Positions 34,916 through 45,153 of a stretch of 64,000 bases of DNA are shown piece after piece. Source of the stretch: Candidatus Heimdallarchaeota archaeon (GTDB lineage: Archaea > Asgardarchaeota > Heimdallarchaeia > Hodarchaeales > Hodarchaeaceae); contig RDOB01000001.1 in the NCBI GenBank assembly GCA_011364965.1, positions 188,017 to 252,016 on the forward strand, given 5' to 3'. The position numbers were made by a program, and so were the translations under genes. The number at the start of each line of letters is the position of its first letter. Position 1 is the stretch's first letter. The notes below the pieces were generated by a model. That model was not told the origin of the DNA, did no database searches, and saw only the letters and a program-made list of their open reading frames with translations.

Positions 34916-35392
34916 GTGGTTGAAGTTAAATTGCCAAAATATAAGATCTCAGTCTTTGGATTGGACGCAGATAGAACAGCGATTGCTACAGGCAGAAATA
35001 TGCGGATTTCCCCGAAACATGCACGAGAAATTTCGCGGAAATTAAAAGGAATGTACCTTGAATCTGCTCAAGAATATCTCGAAAAAGTGATCGCTCTTGA
35101 GAGAAGCGTTCCTTTTAGGCGTTATAGAAGAAAAATCCCACATAGAAAAGATTTAAGAAAATGGCCTGCGGGAAGGTATCCTCAAAAGGCTGCAAAAGAA
35201 ATTTTGCGAGTCCTCGAGAACGCAGAACAAAATTCATCCTTTAAAGGCTTAGAGGTCAGCCGATTAAGAATCACACATATGGCAGCTCAGAGAGGACGCA
35301 AAATTCGTGGATTTACACCTCGGGCACATGGTCGTTCCTCACCAAGCTATCAAACATTAACTCATGTTGAAGTCGTAGTAACAGAGGAATAA
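34916..35392 (+). CDS. rpl22p: 50S ribosomal protein uL22
   Basis: ISPKHAREI, VPFRRY, GRYPQKAA, PRAHGR. Confidence 0.97.
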   Translation: MVEVKLPKYKISVFGLDADRTAIATGRNMRISPKHAREISRKLKGMYLESAQEYLEKVIALERSVPFRRYRRKIPHRKDLRKWPAGRYPQKAAKEILRVLENAEQNSSFKGLEVSRLRITHMAAQRGRKIRGFTPRAHGRSSPSYQTLTHVEVVVTEE

Positions 35393-35396
35393 CAAT

Positions 35397-36176
35397 ATGG
35401 CAGCTCAAAAACACTTTATCGATCAAAATCTTCAATATGTCCAAGTTACCGAGTTCTTAAACAGTGAATTGAAGCTTGCAGGACAAGGTAAAATTGAAAT
35501 CCATAAGACTCCAATGGGACATCGTGTTGTGATTCACGCAGTTCGTTTGGGTATGGTTATAGGACGAAGAGGGAGAAATGTAAGAAAAATCACTGATGTA
35601 CTCGAACACCGATATGGATTAGAAACACCTCAGTTGGAAGTTCGAGACTTAGAAAATCCTCGATTAAATTCAAGAGTAATGGCAGGAAGACTAATCTCAC
35701 AAATTCAAAAAGGATTTCATTTTCGACGTGCAGGATATGCTCTGGTTAGACGAATAATGGCTGCTGAAGCAAGAGGAGTGGAGATTACTATTAAAGGTAA
35801 ATTAACTTCTCAACGTGCAAGAGCTGAAGTTTTCCGTGAGGGATTCGTAGCAAAATGCGGAGAACCAGCTGCGAAATATGTTGATGAAACGGTATTGGAA
35901 GTGACTCTCAAACAAGGAGTTATTGGAGTTCATGTCAAAATTATGCAACCAGACGCGATTCTTCCTGATGATGCAAAATTGATTCCAAATGCATTCGGAG
36001 AACCTGAAGAAGAAGATATCCTTGCAGAATCTGAAGCTCTGCTATTGGAAGAAGAAACGGAATCCGAAGAAGTTGAAGAATCTGAGGAGAAAATAGAAAA
36101 AACCCTCAGTGATTTAATTCAAGAAGTTGACGATGAAGAACTCCTAAAGGAAGATGATTTTGAAACAGAAGAGTGA
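35397..36176 (+). CDS. rps3p: 30S ribosomal protein uS3 with long acidic tail
   Basis: GMVIGRRG KH motif, HFRRAGY, GVEITIKGKL. Confidence 0.97.
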   Translation: MAAQKHFIDQNLQYVQVTEFLNSELKLAGQGKIEIHKTPMGHRVVIHAVRLGMVIGRRGRNVRKITDVLEHRYGLETPQLEVRDLENPRLNSRVMAGRLISQIQKGFHFRRAGYALVRRIMAAEARGVEITIKGKLTSQRARAEVFREGFVAKCGEPAAKYVDETVLEVTLKQGVIGVHVKIMQPDAILPDDAKLIPNAFGEPEEEDILAESEALLLEEETESEEVEESEEKIEKTLSDLIQEVDDEELLKEDDFETEE

Positions 36177-36185
36177 GGACTCAAA

Positions 36186-36389
36186 ATGGCAATATTAAGG
36201 AAATCTCAAATCCGTAAAATGTCTATAAAGGAAAGAGATGAGAAAATAATGGAATTAAAGACAGAATTGCTTACCTTAAGAGGCAAAGCACGAACTGGAG
36301 GACTTGAATCTTCTGGTAGAGTACGAGAATTGAGAAGGACAATTGCACGAATCTTAACGATTAATCAGGAAGAAAATGAAGTCATTTAA
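36186..36389 (+). CDS. rpl29p: 50S ribosomal protein uL29
   Basis: MAILRK..IR.MS, RELRRTIARILT. Confidence 0.95.
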   Translation: MAILRKSQIRKMSIKERDEKIMELKTELLTLRGKARTGGLESSGRVRELRRTIARILTINQEENEVI

Positions 36390-36666
36390 AAAGAACTATA
36401 TAGAATCGGAAAGTAACCTCCCCAAATCACGCTTAACTGGACGAATATGTGAAATACAGTATAATAATAATCTGTTCAAAGGAGAAATATTATCAGAAAC
36501 AAAAAACACCCTAGAAATTCAGACACCTAGAGGTATTAAAATCCTACCCAAGACAGAATCAACGATTAAAATAAAAATTAAAGATCAATACTATCAAATA
36601 AATGGTACTCAATTAATCGGACGTCATGAAGACCGTATTAAAAAAAGGATGAAACGTAAATGGTGA
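36376..36666 (+). CDS. rnp1: RNase P protein component 1 (Rpp29/Pop4)
   Basis: GEILSETKNTL..LPK..INGTQLIGRHEDRIKK; canonical position between L29 and S17. Confidence 0.88.
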   Translation: MKSFKKNYIESESNLPKSRLTGRICEIQYNNNLFKGEILSETKNTLEIQTPRGIKILPKTESTIKIKIKDQYYQINGTQLIGRHEDRIKKRMKRKW

Positions 36667-37004
36667 AAAAGAAATATTCAAGACATATTGGTATTGCACC
36701 AACACCAAAAAGAACTTGTGATGACCCAAACTGTCCATTCCATGGTACATTATCTGTAAGAGGACGAGTGATGGAAACAGAGGTTGTTTCGGATCGAATG
36801 GATAAAACTGTCACAGTTCAAAGATCTCAACTCGAATTAGTTAGAAAATATAAAAGATATGGGCGGTCGACGATCCGCATGCACGCACATAATCCTCCTT
36901 GTATAGATGCTAAAGTAGGAGACCAAGTAAGAATTGGCGAATGCCGTCCGTTAGCAAAAACTGTTTCTTTTGTAGTAATTGAAAAACTAGAAGAAGGAGA
37001 ATAA
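36660..37004 (+). CDS. rps17p: 30S ribosomal protein uS17
   Basis: CDDPNCPFHG.LSVRG, AHNPPCI, ECRPLAKT. Confidence 0.97.
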   Translation: MVKKKYSRHIGIAPTPKRTCDDPNCPFHGTLSVRGRVMETEVVSDRMDKTVTVQRSQLELVRKYKRYGRSTIRMHAHNPPCIDAKVGDQVRIGECRPLAKTVSFVVIEKLEEGE

Positions 37005-37008
37005 GAAA

Positions 37009-37425
37009 ATGAAGAAAAGACGGGCAATGCGGCATGTAACACGCCGAATTACACGTGCTCTCCCCACTGGTGCAATTATTCCTGTTGCAGATAATTCAGG
37101 AGCGCGAATGATAGAAGTAATTAGCGTTAAAGGGCATAAAACTCGTTTAAGTAGACAACCTGCCGCCAAAGTAGGAGATCTAATAGTCTGCTCTGTCAAA
37201 AAAGGGAGTCCTAAGCTTCGACGGCAAATTGTTCATGCAGTAATAATCCGTCAAAAGAAACCATACAAAAGAGCTGATGGAAGCTGGGTTTATTTCGAAG
37301 ATAATGCAGTAGTTGTTACCAACGAAGTTGGAGAGCCACGAGGAAGTGAAATTCGTGGAGCAGTCTCGAAAGAAGCAGCTGACGCTTGGCCACGTATAGC
37401 GAGTGCAGCGAGAGTTATTTCTTGA
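37009..37425 (+). CDS. rpl14p: 50S ribosomal protein uL14
   Basis: ADNSGAR, FEDNAVV, GSEIRGAV. Confidence 0.97.
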   Translation: MKKRRAMRHVTRRITRALPTGAIIPVADNSGARMIEVISVKGHKTRLSRQPAAKVGDLIVCSVKKGSPKLRRQIVHAVIIRQKKPYKRADGSWVYFEDNAVVVTNEVGEPRGSEIRGAVSKEAADAWPRIASAARVIS

Positions 37426-37444
37426 ACTAAAAGGAGATAGAAAC

Positions 37445-37870
37445 ATGGGTTCAAAAACACGAAGTCCTTCAAAACAAAGGCGCCGAATTGCCAATGCTAG
37501 TTCATTCAAACGGTCGAAATTAATAAATGTCCGATTATCAAAGGATTTACAAAAAAAATATCATATCAAACGTATGCCAGTGAGAACTGGTGATGTTGTG
37601 TTTGTAACAGCAGGTGATTTCGTTGGTACAGAGGGAAAAGTTCTTGGAATGGACTATAAAAACCAACGAGCAGAAATTGATGGCATTGCTCGTGAAAAAG
37701 CTGATAAATCAAAAATAATTTATCCAATTCATACCTCAAATATGATTATTCGTCGATTTGGTAAAATGGACAAGTCAAGAAAAGCAATCCTTGAAAGAAA
37801 GGCCAAAAAAGTAGTTGAAATCGAGGCAGAAGATTTAGCAGAAGAAATCGATTTCGAAGAAGAAGAATAA
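37445..37870 (+). CDS. rpl24p: 50S ribosomal protein uL24
   Basis: SPSKQRR, MPVRTGD.V.V..G KOW motif, IHTSN; start moved to the ATG after GGAG. Confidence 0.95.
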   Translation: MGSKTRSPSKQRRRIANASSFKRSKLINVRLSKDLQKKYHIKRMPVRTGDVVFVTAGDFVGTEGKVLGMDYKNQRAEIDGIAREKADKSKIIYPIHTSNMIIRRFGKMDKSRKAILERKAKKVVEIEAEDLAEEIDFEEEE

Positions 37871-37883
37871 AGGAAGGAACCAT

Positions 37884-38660
37884 ATGGGTAGTAAAGGTAG
37901 TTCCCGACATAAAAAACGATTAAGCGCACCAGTACCTTATACGATCATGCGAAAGCATGGGAAGTTTACAATACGAACTCATCCGACACGAGCTGTCCAC
38001 GAATCATCTATACCTCTTGGTGTTGTCGTGCGTGAAATGTTGGGGTATGCAAACAATTTAAGGGAAGTTAAACGGATCCTTTCACGGAAATTAATAAGAA
38101 TTGACGGAAAAATACAGTCTAGTTATAAATTCGGAATAGGTCCAATGGATATCATTGAGATTCCTAAAACTGAAGAGACATTTCGATTTACACCATATAA
38201 AGGTAAAAGACGTTTCCGTCTTCATCCCATTACAAAAGAAGAAGCCAATTGGAAGCTGCTTCGAATACATCGAAAACAGACTGCAAAACAAGGAAAAATT
38301 CAATTAACATTCCATGATGGACGAAATCTATTCCTAGATCCTGCTGAAGATTATAAATTTCAGATTTCAGATCTTTCAATTAAAGATACAGTGAAATTCA
38401 ATTTAGAGAACCGTACAATTGAAGCTCATTATCCTTTTGCTGAAGGAAATACTGCTATAATTATGGGTGGACATAATATTGGACTTGTGGGAAAAATCCG
38501 AGCGATCGAAACACAAGTTGGGCGAAGATCGCGATCGATTTTACTCCAAACTGCTGAAGGGGAAATCACAACTACAGATACGCATCTATTTATGATTGGA
38601 TATGAAACTCCAGTCATTGAAATACCAGAAACCGATGGAGAAGAAAACAATGAGTCGTAG
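37884..38660 (+). CDS. rps4e: 30S ribosomal protein eS4
   Basis: HKKRLSAP, SIPLGVVVRE, QLTFHDGRN, GGHNIG. Confidence 0.96.
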   Translation: MGSKGSSRHKKRLSAPVPYTIMRKHGKFTIRTHPTRAVHESSIPLGVVVREMLGYANNLREVKRILSRKLIRIDGKIQSSYKFGIGPMDIIEIPKTEETFRFTPYKGKRRFRLHPITKEEANWKLLRIHRKQTAKQGKIQLTFHDGRNLFLDPAEDYKFQISDLSIKDTVKFNLENRTIEAHYPFAEGNTAIIMGGHNIGLVGKIRAIETQVGRRSRSILLQTAEGEITTTDTHLFMIGYETPVIEIPETDGEENNES

Positions 38661-39252
38661 AGGCAGACGAGTTGCACAGATAGAGGAAGAACGAGAGCCA
38701 ATTCCATTGACAGAGGAAGAAAAAACTTTTGTTGAATCTTGGAATAAGCAACCGATGTTAAAACCTAAAATCCTCAAAGTTTCAGTAAATTTTGCTGTAG
38801 GAGCCTCTGGTCCTCAGCTAGAAAAAGCTCGAACCCTTTGTGAGAGGTTAACCGATCAAAAACCTTCTGAAGGACGTGCTAGGGAATCCGTACGAGGATT
38901 TGCAATCCGTAAGCATGAGCCTATTGCAGTATTTACAACTTTAAGAGGAGAATTGGCCACTAGTTTTTTGAAAAAGGCTTTTTGGGCTGTTGAAGAAAAA
39001 GTCCAACCCAGAAATTTCGATAAGCATGGTAACCTCTCATTTGGGATAGATGAACATTTAAAGCTTCCCAATATCAAATATGACCCCCAAATTGGTGTGC
39101 ATGGTTTTAACACAACCGTAGTTATCGAAAGAGCTGGTTATCGAGCAGCTAGAAGAAGACGAAGACCAAGTAAAATTCCCAACGCACATAGAATTACAAA
39201 ATCGGAAGGAATTGCTTTCTTTAAGCACGAGTTCAATCTTGGAGTCGAATAA
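38650..39252 (+). CDS. rpl5p: 50S ribosomal protein uL5
   Basis: [40 protein letters not shown]; start set at ATG 38650. Confidence 0.96.
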   Translation: MSRRGRRVAQIEEEREPIPLTEEEKTFVESWNKQPMLKPKILKVSVNFAVGASGPQLEKARTLCERLTDQKPSEGRARESVRGFAIRKHEPIAVFTTLRGELATSFLKKAFWAVEEKVQPRNFDKHGNLSFGIDEHLKLPNIKYDPQIGVHGFNTTVVIERAGYRAARRRRRPSKIPNAHRITKSEGIAFFKHEFNLGVE

Positions 39253-39254
39253 AC

Positions 39255-39413
39255 ATGCAAAAAATCGCAGAAAACAAACGGAAATATGGAAAAGGAACAC
39301 GTGTGTGTCGTCGTTGTGGAACTCATAGAGCAATTATCCGTAAATACAATCTCTACATATGCAGAAGGTGTATTCGGGAAATTGCAAAAGAACTAGGGTT
39401 CCGAAAATATTGA
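39255..39413 (+). CDS. rps14p: 30S ribosomal protein uS14 (Zn-binding); not in ORF track
   Basis: Hand translation [52 protein letters not shown] (52 aa). Confidence 0.96.
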   Translation: MQKIAENKRKYGKGTRVCRRCGTHRAIIRKYNLYICRRCIREIAKELGFRKY

Positions 39414-40285
39414 CATCAGAGCTGAAACGGACTCCATTCCAAACTATAAAACGAACAATTCGAACTCAACAAGTTATCCCAAAAGACTTATGGGCTTTTC
39501 TTCCGCGGGGATGGAAACGAATAGGCACCGTTGGAATCCTAGAATTAAACTCCAATCTACATCCATGGAAACATCAGATCGGAGAGGTTTATCTTAAAAG
39601 TATTCCTGAAATCGATACAATCATCCATAAAGTTGGAGTTACTCGAAAAACCATTCGAGAACCAAGTTATGAATACTTAGCAGGTAATCCAAATACTATA
39701 ACATTGCACAAGGAATTAGGATGTAAATTTTGGATTGATGCCTTGAAAATAACCTTTTCGAATGGAAATCATGCAGAACGGTTACGAATGATTAAAGAAA
39801 TACGCCCCTGCGAAACAATCCTAGACATGTTTGCGTGTGTCGGAAATCTATCCATCCCAATCGCTGTTAACCATTCATCAGTAAAAGTGATAGGAATAGA
39901 AATCAATCCATATGCTTTTCAGTTTCTGAAAAAAAATGTACAAATGAACGGGATTGAAGAGCAATATCAGCCAATCAAAGGAGACAATCGAATTGTATCC
40001 CCTAAGAATTGGGCATCTAGGGTACTTATGGGTTATTTTGGTATACAAAGAGATCAATTGTGTGTTGCTTTAGCTAGTTTACGATCAGATAAGGGAGGAA
40101 TACTTCATGTCCATGGTTTGGCAGGAAATCAAGAAAAAACGGATTTTCGAGACGAAATCAACCAAATAATTGTAAATTCTTTTCCTAATTTTCAGGTAAC
40201 ACAGGTAAAAAAAATTACTATAAAAACAGTGGCAGCAGGAGTCCATCATTATGTTGATGACATAACTATTAGCCCCATTAAGTAA
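39410..40285 (+). CDS. Taw2/TYW2-Trm5 (Met-10+) family SAM-dependent tRNA modification enzyme
   Basis: [41 protein letters not shown]; probable TTG start overlapping the S14 stop. Confidence 0.88.
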   Translation: MTSELKRTPFQTIKRTIRTQQVIPKDLWAFLPRGWKRIGTVGILELNSNLHPWKHQIGEVYLKSIPEIDTIIHKVGVTRKTIREPSYEYLAGNPNTITLHKELGCKFWIDALKITFSNGNHAERLRMIKEIRPCETILDMFACVGNLSIPIAVNHSSVKVIGIEINPYAFQFLKKNVQMNGIEEQYQPIKGDNRIVSPKNWASRVLMGYFGIQRDQLCVALASLRSDKGGILHVHGLAGNQEKTDFRDEINQIIVNSFPNFQVTQVKKITIKTVAAGVHHYVDDITISPIK

Positions 40286-40357
40286 CTAAGTCGAAGAAAG
40301 ATAAAATTCCATCAATTCTAATTTTTTGGAGATTAAATACTTTAGAGAAAATGAATA

Positions 40358-41305
40358 ATGAGAAGGTTGATGTCTCATAGAACCCAATTAGTCCATGAAT
40401 TTGTCGAAAAACTAGAATCACATCCGAATGGAGCAAATATAATTTCAATTGTCCAAGAAATATTTGAAAAACCTAATGATATTCCTGAATCTACCCTTAT
40501 TAGCCAATTGAAATTGCTAAGTGAGAACAATCTTGCATTACTTGAAGATCTTTGGATTTTACGGGCATCAATATTTCAGGAGGAAATGAACCTTAAGAAA
40601 ATGTGGCAGGTGTTACAGGATTGCGCATCTTGGATCCCATTCAATCCCAAAAGGATTGAAAGAGTAATTCAAGTCTTAATAGATAGTGAACAGTATCTTA
40701 AGGCGACGTTTCTTTTTCAGAAATATAATTTGAACAGTAACGCAGAATATCAAGAAGATTATGACTTGGTAATGAAATGTCTTATTCATGGATTAAGCTT
40801 GCCTTCAGGGATTAGAATAGATCATGAAAAACAAGGCAGATGTCTAGCACGAGAGGGAGTTGCTAATAGTAATAACGTTTCAGAAATAGGGAGTATCGTA
40901 AAAAATGAAAAATCAAGTAAAATATCACTTGATCGAGATTCAAACGAAAAACTAAAGAAAGAGTCTATTCAAGTATCCGAGCGAGCCTTAAATAACTGGG
41001 ATCAGGCGCGTGAATGCTATGAAGAAGGGGTGAAAAAAGATAATGTCACTTATCTGCAGGCATTCATCCACTTTGCGCATTCAACTGCTCGTGAAGCTTT
41101 AGGATTGGATGGTCGGTTTAAAGCAGGATTGGAAGCTAAAATCGCACAATTCGGATTATATGAATACAAAAGGTTTTTAGTGGAGTTGAATCGTGTGCGA
41201 AATGCGGTAATGCATGATAATTACTTAATCACATGTAATGAAGCTAAACATATTTATCAGAAAATGGAAGAACTTTTGAATTTACTTATTAATATCAACC
41301 CCTAG
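40358..41305 (+). CDS. Helical protein with a C-terminal HEPN-like (RxxxxH) domain
   Basis: LNRVRNAVMHD motif followed by a terminal helix. Confidence 0.55.
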   Translation: MRRLMSHRTQLVHEFVEKLESHPNGANIISIVQEIFEKPNDIPESTLISQLKLLSENNLALLEDLWILRASIFQEEMNLKKMWQVLQDCASWIPFNPKRIERVIQVLIDSEQYLKATFLFQKYNLNSNAEYQEDYDLVMKCLIHGLSLPSGIRIDHEKQGRCLAREGVANSNNVSEIGSIVKNEKSSKISLDRDSNEKLKKESIQVSERALNNWDQARECYEEGVKKDNVTYLQAFIHFAHSTAREALGLDGRFKAGLEAKIAQFGLYEYKRFLVELNRVRNAVMHDNYLITCNEAKHIYQKMEELLNLLININP

Positions 41306-41338
41306 TATTTCAATTGTTAACAGGAAAAAGCTATCAGC

Positions 41339-42286
41339 TTACGAACTAATGAACATTAAATCGTCATCTTCCTGCTTCACTTCCTTTAGAATTTGTTTAT
41401 ACCAATACCGTGTTAATCTTTCAACAATCTGGGTATGATATGGCCCTCCTTCAGCCCAAGACTTACGAGATTTACCGGGATGCTCAGGAAATTTCTGTTT
41501 CCAAATCAGTCTTTCAGGAACACCTTTGTCGCGATATTCTCTTAATTTTTCCAGATAAGCTTCCATCCAAGTTCTAATTTGAATTAGATAATCCTTTCCA
41601 ACCACTGGACCACGACTAGGAATAATTTTATCGATTTCTAGATCCTCCCATTTCCGATATAAACTTACACCAGTAATTGGCCACATAAAAGGAGGCATAA
41701 CACTTTGAATAACACTTCCTGCAAAAAGTGTCTTATCTGCACAGCAAAAGACCGAAATTCCTCCTGCTAAGGTCACCTCTAATTCAATGGGATAATTCAC
41801 ATCAAGACTGAGTTTCTTGATATTTGAAAATCCTGTTGTAGGAACAAAAATTTCATTTTTTAAAAGACTCTCATGTAGTTTATTGTCTTCTGGAATTTGA
41901 TGGATTATCCATTCGCGATATGAAGCATCTATTCCCTTTTTTATATTTGTACGTATTCCTGATTTTGTAGCAGAAGAACTCATAACTTCTACATCTTTGA
42001 ATGCATTCATTCCCCAAATAAACTCCCAAGATTTGCTAGTTAGGATCAAATGTGTCGTTTTTTTCTTAGTTAGAGATTCCATTTCTTTTCTGAAGGTCTT
42101 GGCAAGATCAGCGAAAGGAGTACAATTCACAAAAATTAACTCATTAGAAAGGATAATACAACTCATATTTGAATACAAATATGGTCTAATTAGCTTATCT
42201 GTCTCCTCCATCATTATTGCAGTCATAATAATGTTTGGCGTTATTTCAATGTAGTTTAGATCTGTTACCATAAAATTACACCTCAT
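41339..42286 (-). CDS. Metallo-beta-lactamase-fold protein lacking its metal ligands
   Basis: Motif order retained: IFVNC, LILTSKSWEFIWG, TLFAGSVI, KIIPSRGPV. Confidence 0.7.
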   Translation of the reverse strand: MRCNFMVTDLNYIEITPNIIMTAIMMEETDKLIRPYLYSNMSCIILSNELIFVNCTPFADLAKTFRKEMESLTKKKTTHLILTSKSWEFIWGMNAFKDVEVMSSSATKSGIRTNIKKGIDASYREWIIHQIPEDNKLHESLLKNEIFVPTTGFSNIKKLSLDVNYPIELEVTLAGGISVFCCADKTLFAGSVIQSVMPPFMWPITGVSLYRKWEDLEIDKIIPSRGPVVGKDYLIQIRTWMEAYLEKLREYRDKGVPERLIWKQKFPEHPGKSRKSWAEGGPYHTQIVERLTRYWYKQILKEVKQEDDDLMFISS

Positions 42287-45153
42287 TAATTCCTAAGATA
42301 TTCCTTGAGATACTGCCCAGTGAAAGATTTCTTTACTTTGCATATTTCTTCTGGCGTTCCTGAGGCAACAAGATATCCTCCTTCACTCCCACCCTCAGGA
42401 CCAAGATCAATGATATAATCAGCCATTTTAATGATATCGAGGTTGTGTTCAATCACAATGACGCTATTTCCGTTATCAATGAGCTTATCAACGGTAAAAA
42501 GGAGTTTCTTGATGTCAGCTAGATGAAGTCCAATTGATGGTTCATCAAAAACATAGAGATTGTGTTCATGCCGTTTCAGTTTGCCCAATTCATTTGCTAA
42601 TTTTATTCTTTGCGCCTCTCCTCCGCTAAGAGTAGTAGAAGATTGACCAAGCTTTAAATAGCCGAGTCCAAGATCATCCATGACCTTTAATTTGTAATAG
42701 ATTAAACGCACATCTTTAAAAATAGCCAGTGCTCTCTCAACAGAGAGGTCTAGGGTATCAGCGATGCTATAGCCTTTATACTCAATCTCTAGGATCTCAG
42801 CTTTAAACCGTTTTCCTTTACAGACAGGGCAAATTGTCCGGACATCAGGCATAAATTGAAGTTGTGTCACAATTTCACCTGTTCCTTCACACTCATCACA
42901 TCTACCAGAATCTTTTGAATTATAACTAAAAGTAGATTTATTATAGGCACGATTCTTAGATTCGGGGAGATTTGAGAAAATATCTCGGATTTTATCATAA
43001 ATGCCAACAAATGTAGCGGGATTAGATCGAGAATTTCTTCCAATGGGAGATTGATCCATGATTCGTATATCTTTAATAAAATCTAATCCAATTATTTCAT
43101 CATGTTTTCCAGCAGTAACCCTACGATCTCGAAAACGTGAAATGAGTGCATTAGTTAATATGTCATTGACTAAACTACTCTTACCAGATCCTGACACTCC
43201 CGTAACACAGACCAAAACGCCAAGAGGAATTTTTACATCGATTTTTTTAAGATTATTCTCAATTGCGCCAAGAATTGTGATATAATCACCATTTAACGGA
43301 CGCCTCCGTTTGGGAATTTCAATAATTTTCTTTTTTGAGAGATACTGACCTGTGATCGATTCAGGAGTATTTTTAATATCCTCTACTGTGCCTTTAGCTA
43401 CAATTTCTCCGCCATAATCTCCTGATCCTGGGCCTAAATCTAAAATCCAATCTGCAGCCTCCATCATCTCAGTATCGTGTTCTACAACAATTACTGTATT
43501 TCCAATGTCTCTGAGTTTCTTAAGTGTTGTAATGATGCGGAAATTATCTCGTTGATGGAGTCCAATACTTGGTTCATCTAAGATATAAAGCATTCCCATT
43601 AATCCAGATCCTATTTGAGTAGACATCCTCACACGCTGAATTTCCCCACCTGATAAAGTATGAGCATTCCGATTCAAGCTAACGTAACTTACACCAATCT
43701 CGCAAAGAAGATCTAATCGTTTTTTGAGCTCCTCAATTATTGGTTCCTCAATGTGTTTTCGGCCTTTCTCAATAACTAAAGTATCTAAGAAAGAACGAAG
43801 CTCAGCTAATGTCATTTCCCCTAACTCATGCAAATTCTTTCCGTTTAAACGTACCAATAATCTCTGGGAAAGAAGCTTGGTTCCTTGACAGTCAGGACAA
43901 ACGACATTTGTCATACCACGGAAATAAATATGATCATCCATGGTTCTTGCAGATCGACGCGCCTCATTTCGGACACGCTCCTTATACCAACGATTAATGG
44001 GGGGAATAAGACCTTCAAATGCGACTTTTTTTCCAACATTAGAGAAAGTGTGCTCTAGATCTTTAGGTTGTATCAGAACAAATTTCTCTCCTTGGGTTCC
44101 ATAAAAGATTATATCTTGATTTTTCGGATCTAAACTTTCAAAAGGGGTATCTAGACTAAAATTATAATGTTTTGCGAGACTATAGATAACTAAATACTTA
44201 AATGGGTGATCTAAATTGAAAATATTCTCATTAATTGCTCCATTACGAATACTTTTCTTTTCATTCACTATAATCAGTCTTGGAACTGCTCTTCGATATA
44301 CTCCAAGTCCACGACAAGTTAAACAGGCACTATCTCCCTCATTTGGAGAGAAATACCAAGGTAAAAGTTCACCCATTACTAGATGATGGATTGGACATGT
44401 AAAGTCCTGATAGAATGATTGAAAATTCACAGTTTCTTCAGGAATATGAATTTTAATGTAACCTTCTCCGATTCTCTGACATTCACGGATCGTATCTAAC
44501 ATATTCTGGTGAAGATCAGAATTAACTTCGAATTTATCAATGAAAGCTTCTATCTGGTAAGTTCTCTGTTCATCGAGATCTATCTGTTCGCCCACATCAT
44601 ATTCTTGACCATCAATACGAATCTTTCCAACTCCTCGCCTTCTCAGAGTATCAAACAAGTACCGATAATCCTCGTCGTAGATTTTGAATACTGGAGCATA
44701 TATTTCTACCATTGTATCTTTAGAAAGAGAAAGTAATTTCTCAACTATCTGGCTAGCAGTTTTTACAGAGACCTCATGCTCACAATAAGGACAGTATGCT
44801 TGGCCTTTAGTAGAGTAGAGAAGTCGAAGGTATGTAGATACATCCGTTAGGGTTCCAACAGTTGAACGATAATTCCGTAAACTCTGATGTTGTTCGATGG
44901 AAACAACAGAGGATAAACCAAATATAAAATCTACATCAGGTCTACGAACTTGAATAACTCGTGATCGAGCATATGTAGATAATGATTCGAGGAATAATCT
45001 CTGACCTTCACCAAAGATCACATCAAACGCAAGACTAGATTTGCCAGAACCACTTACTCCAGTTACAACAGTTAACTTATTCCGAGGGATTTCGACATTG
45101 ATGTTTTTTAGATTATTTTGACGGGCTCCAATTACTTCAATTGTGTCTCTCAT
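42286..45153 (-). CDS. Divergent UvrA-family ABC ATPase
   Basis: GARQNNLKN, two GVSGSGKSSL, LSGGE twice, DEPSIGLH twice, CxxC Zn modules. Confidence 0.93.
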   Translation of the reverse strand: MRDTIEVIGARQNNLKNINVEIPRNKLTVVTGVSGSGKSSLAFDVIFGEGQRLFLESLSTYARSRVIQVRRPDVDFIFGLSSVVSIEQHQSLRNYRSTVGTLTDVSTYLRLLYSTKGQAYCPYCEHEVSVKTASQIVEKLLSLSKDTMVEIYAPVFKIYDEDYRYLFDTLRRRGVGKIRIDGQEYDVGEQIDLDEQRTYQIEAFIDKFEVNSDLHQNMLDTIRECQRIGEGYIKIHIPEETVNFQSFYQDFTCPIHHLVMGELLPWYFSPNEGDSACLTCRGLGVYRRAVPRLIIVNEKKSIRNGAINENIFNLDHPFKYLVIYSLAKHYNFSLDTPFESLDPKNQDIIFYGTQGEKFVLIQPKDLEHTFSNVGKKVAFEGLIPPINRWYKERVRNEARRSARTMDDHIYFRGMTNVVCPDCQGTKLLSQRLLVRLNGKNLHELGEMTLAELRSFLDTLVIEKGRKHIEEPIIEELKKRLDLLCEIGVSYVSLNRNAHTLSGGEIQRVRMSTQIGSGLMGMLYILDEPSIGLHQRDNFRIITTLKKLRDIGNTVIVVEHDTEMMEAADWILDLGPGSGDYGGEIVAKGTVEDIKNTPESITGQYLSKKKIIEIPKRRRPLNGDYITILGAIENNLKKIDVKIPLGVLVCVTGVSGSGKSSLVNDILTNALISRFRDRRVTAGKHDEIIGLDFIKDIRIMDQSPIGRNSRSNPATFVGIYDKIRDIFSNLPESKNRAYNKSTFSYNSKDSGRCDECEGTGEIVTQLQFMPDVRTICPVCKGKRFKAEILEIEYKGYSIADTLDLSVERALAIFKDVRLIYYKLKVMDDLGLGYLKLGQSSTTLSGGEAQRIKLANELGKLKRHEHNLYVFDEPSIGLHLADIKKLLFTVDKLIDNGNSVIVIEHNLDIIKMADYIIDLGPEGGSEGGYLVASGTPEEICKVKKSFTGQYLKEYLRN

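Noticed and set aside
39058-39333. Minus-strand ORFs over rpl5/rps14, and similar short shadow ORFs across the window
   Set aside because: Antisense or out-of-frame to well-supported genes, with no motifs
39359-39409. N-terminal extension of the Taw2/Trm5 ORF
   Set aside because: Overlaps rps14 in another frame; a TTG start at 39410 is more plausible
42286-45153. Calling this gene the canonical uvrA
   Set aside because: Divergent sequence, no uvrB/uvrC in the window and an atypical operon; symbol withheld pending phylogeny
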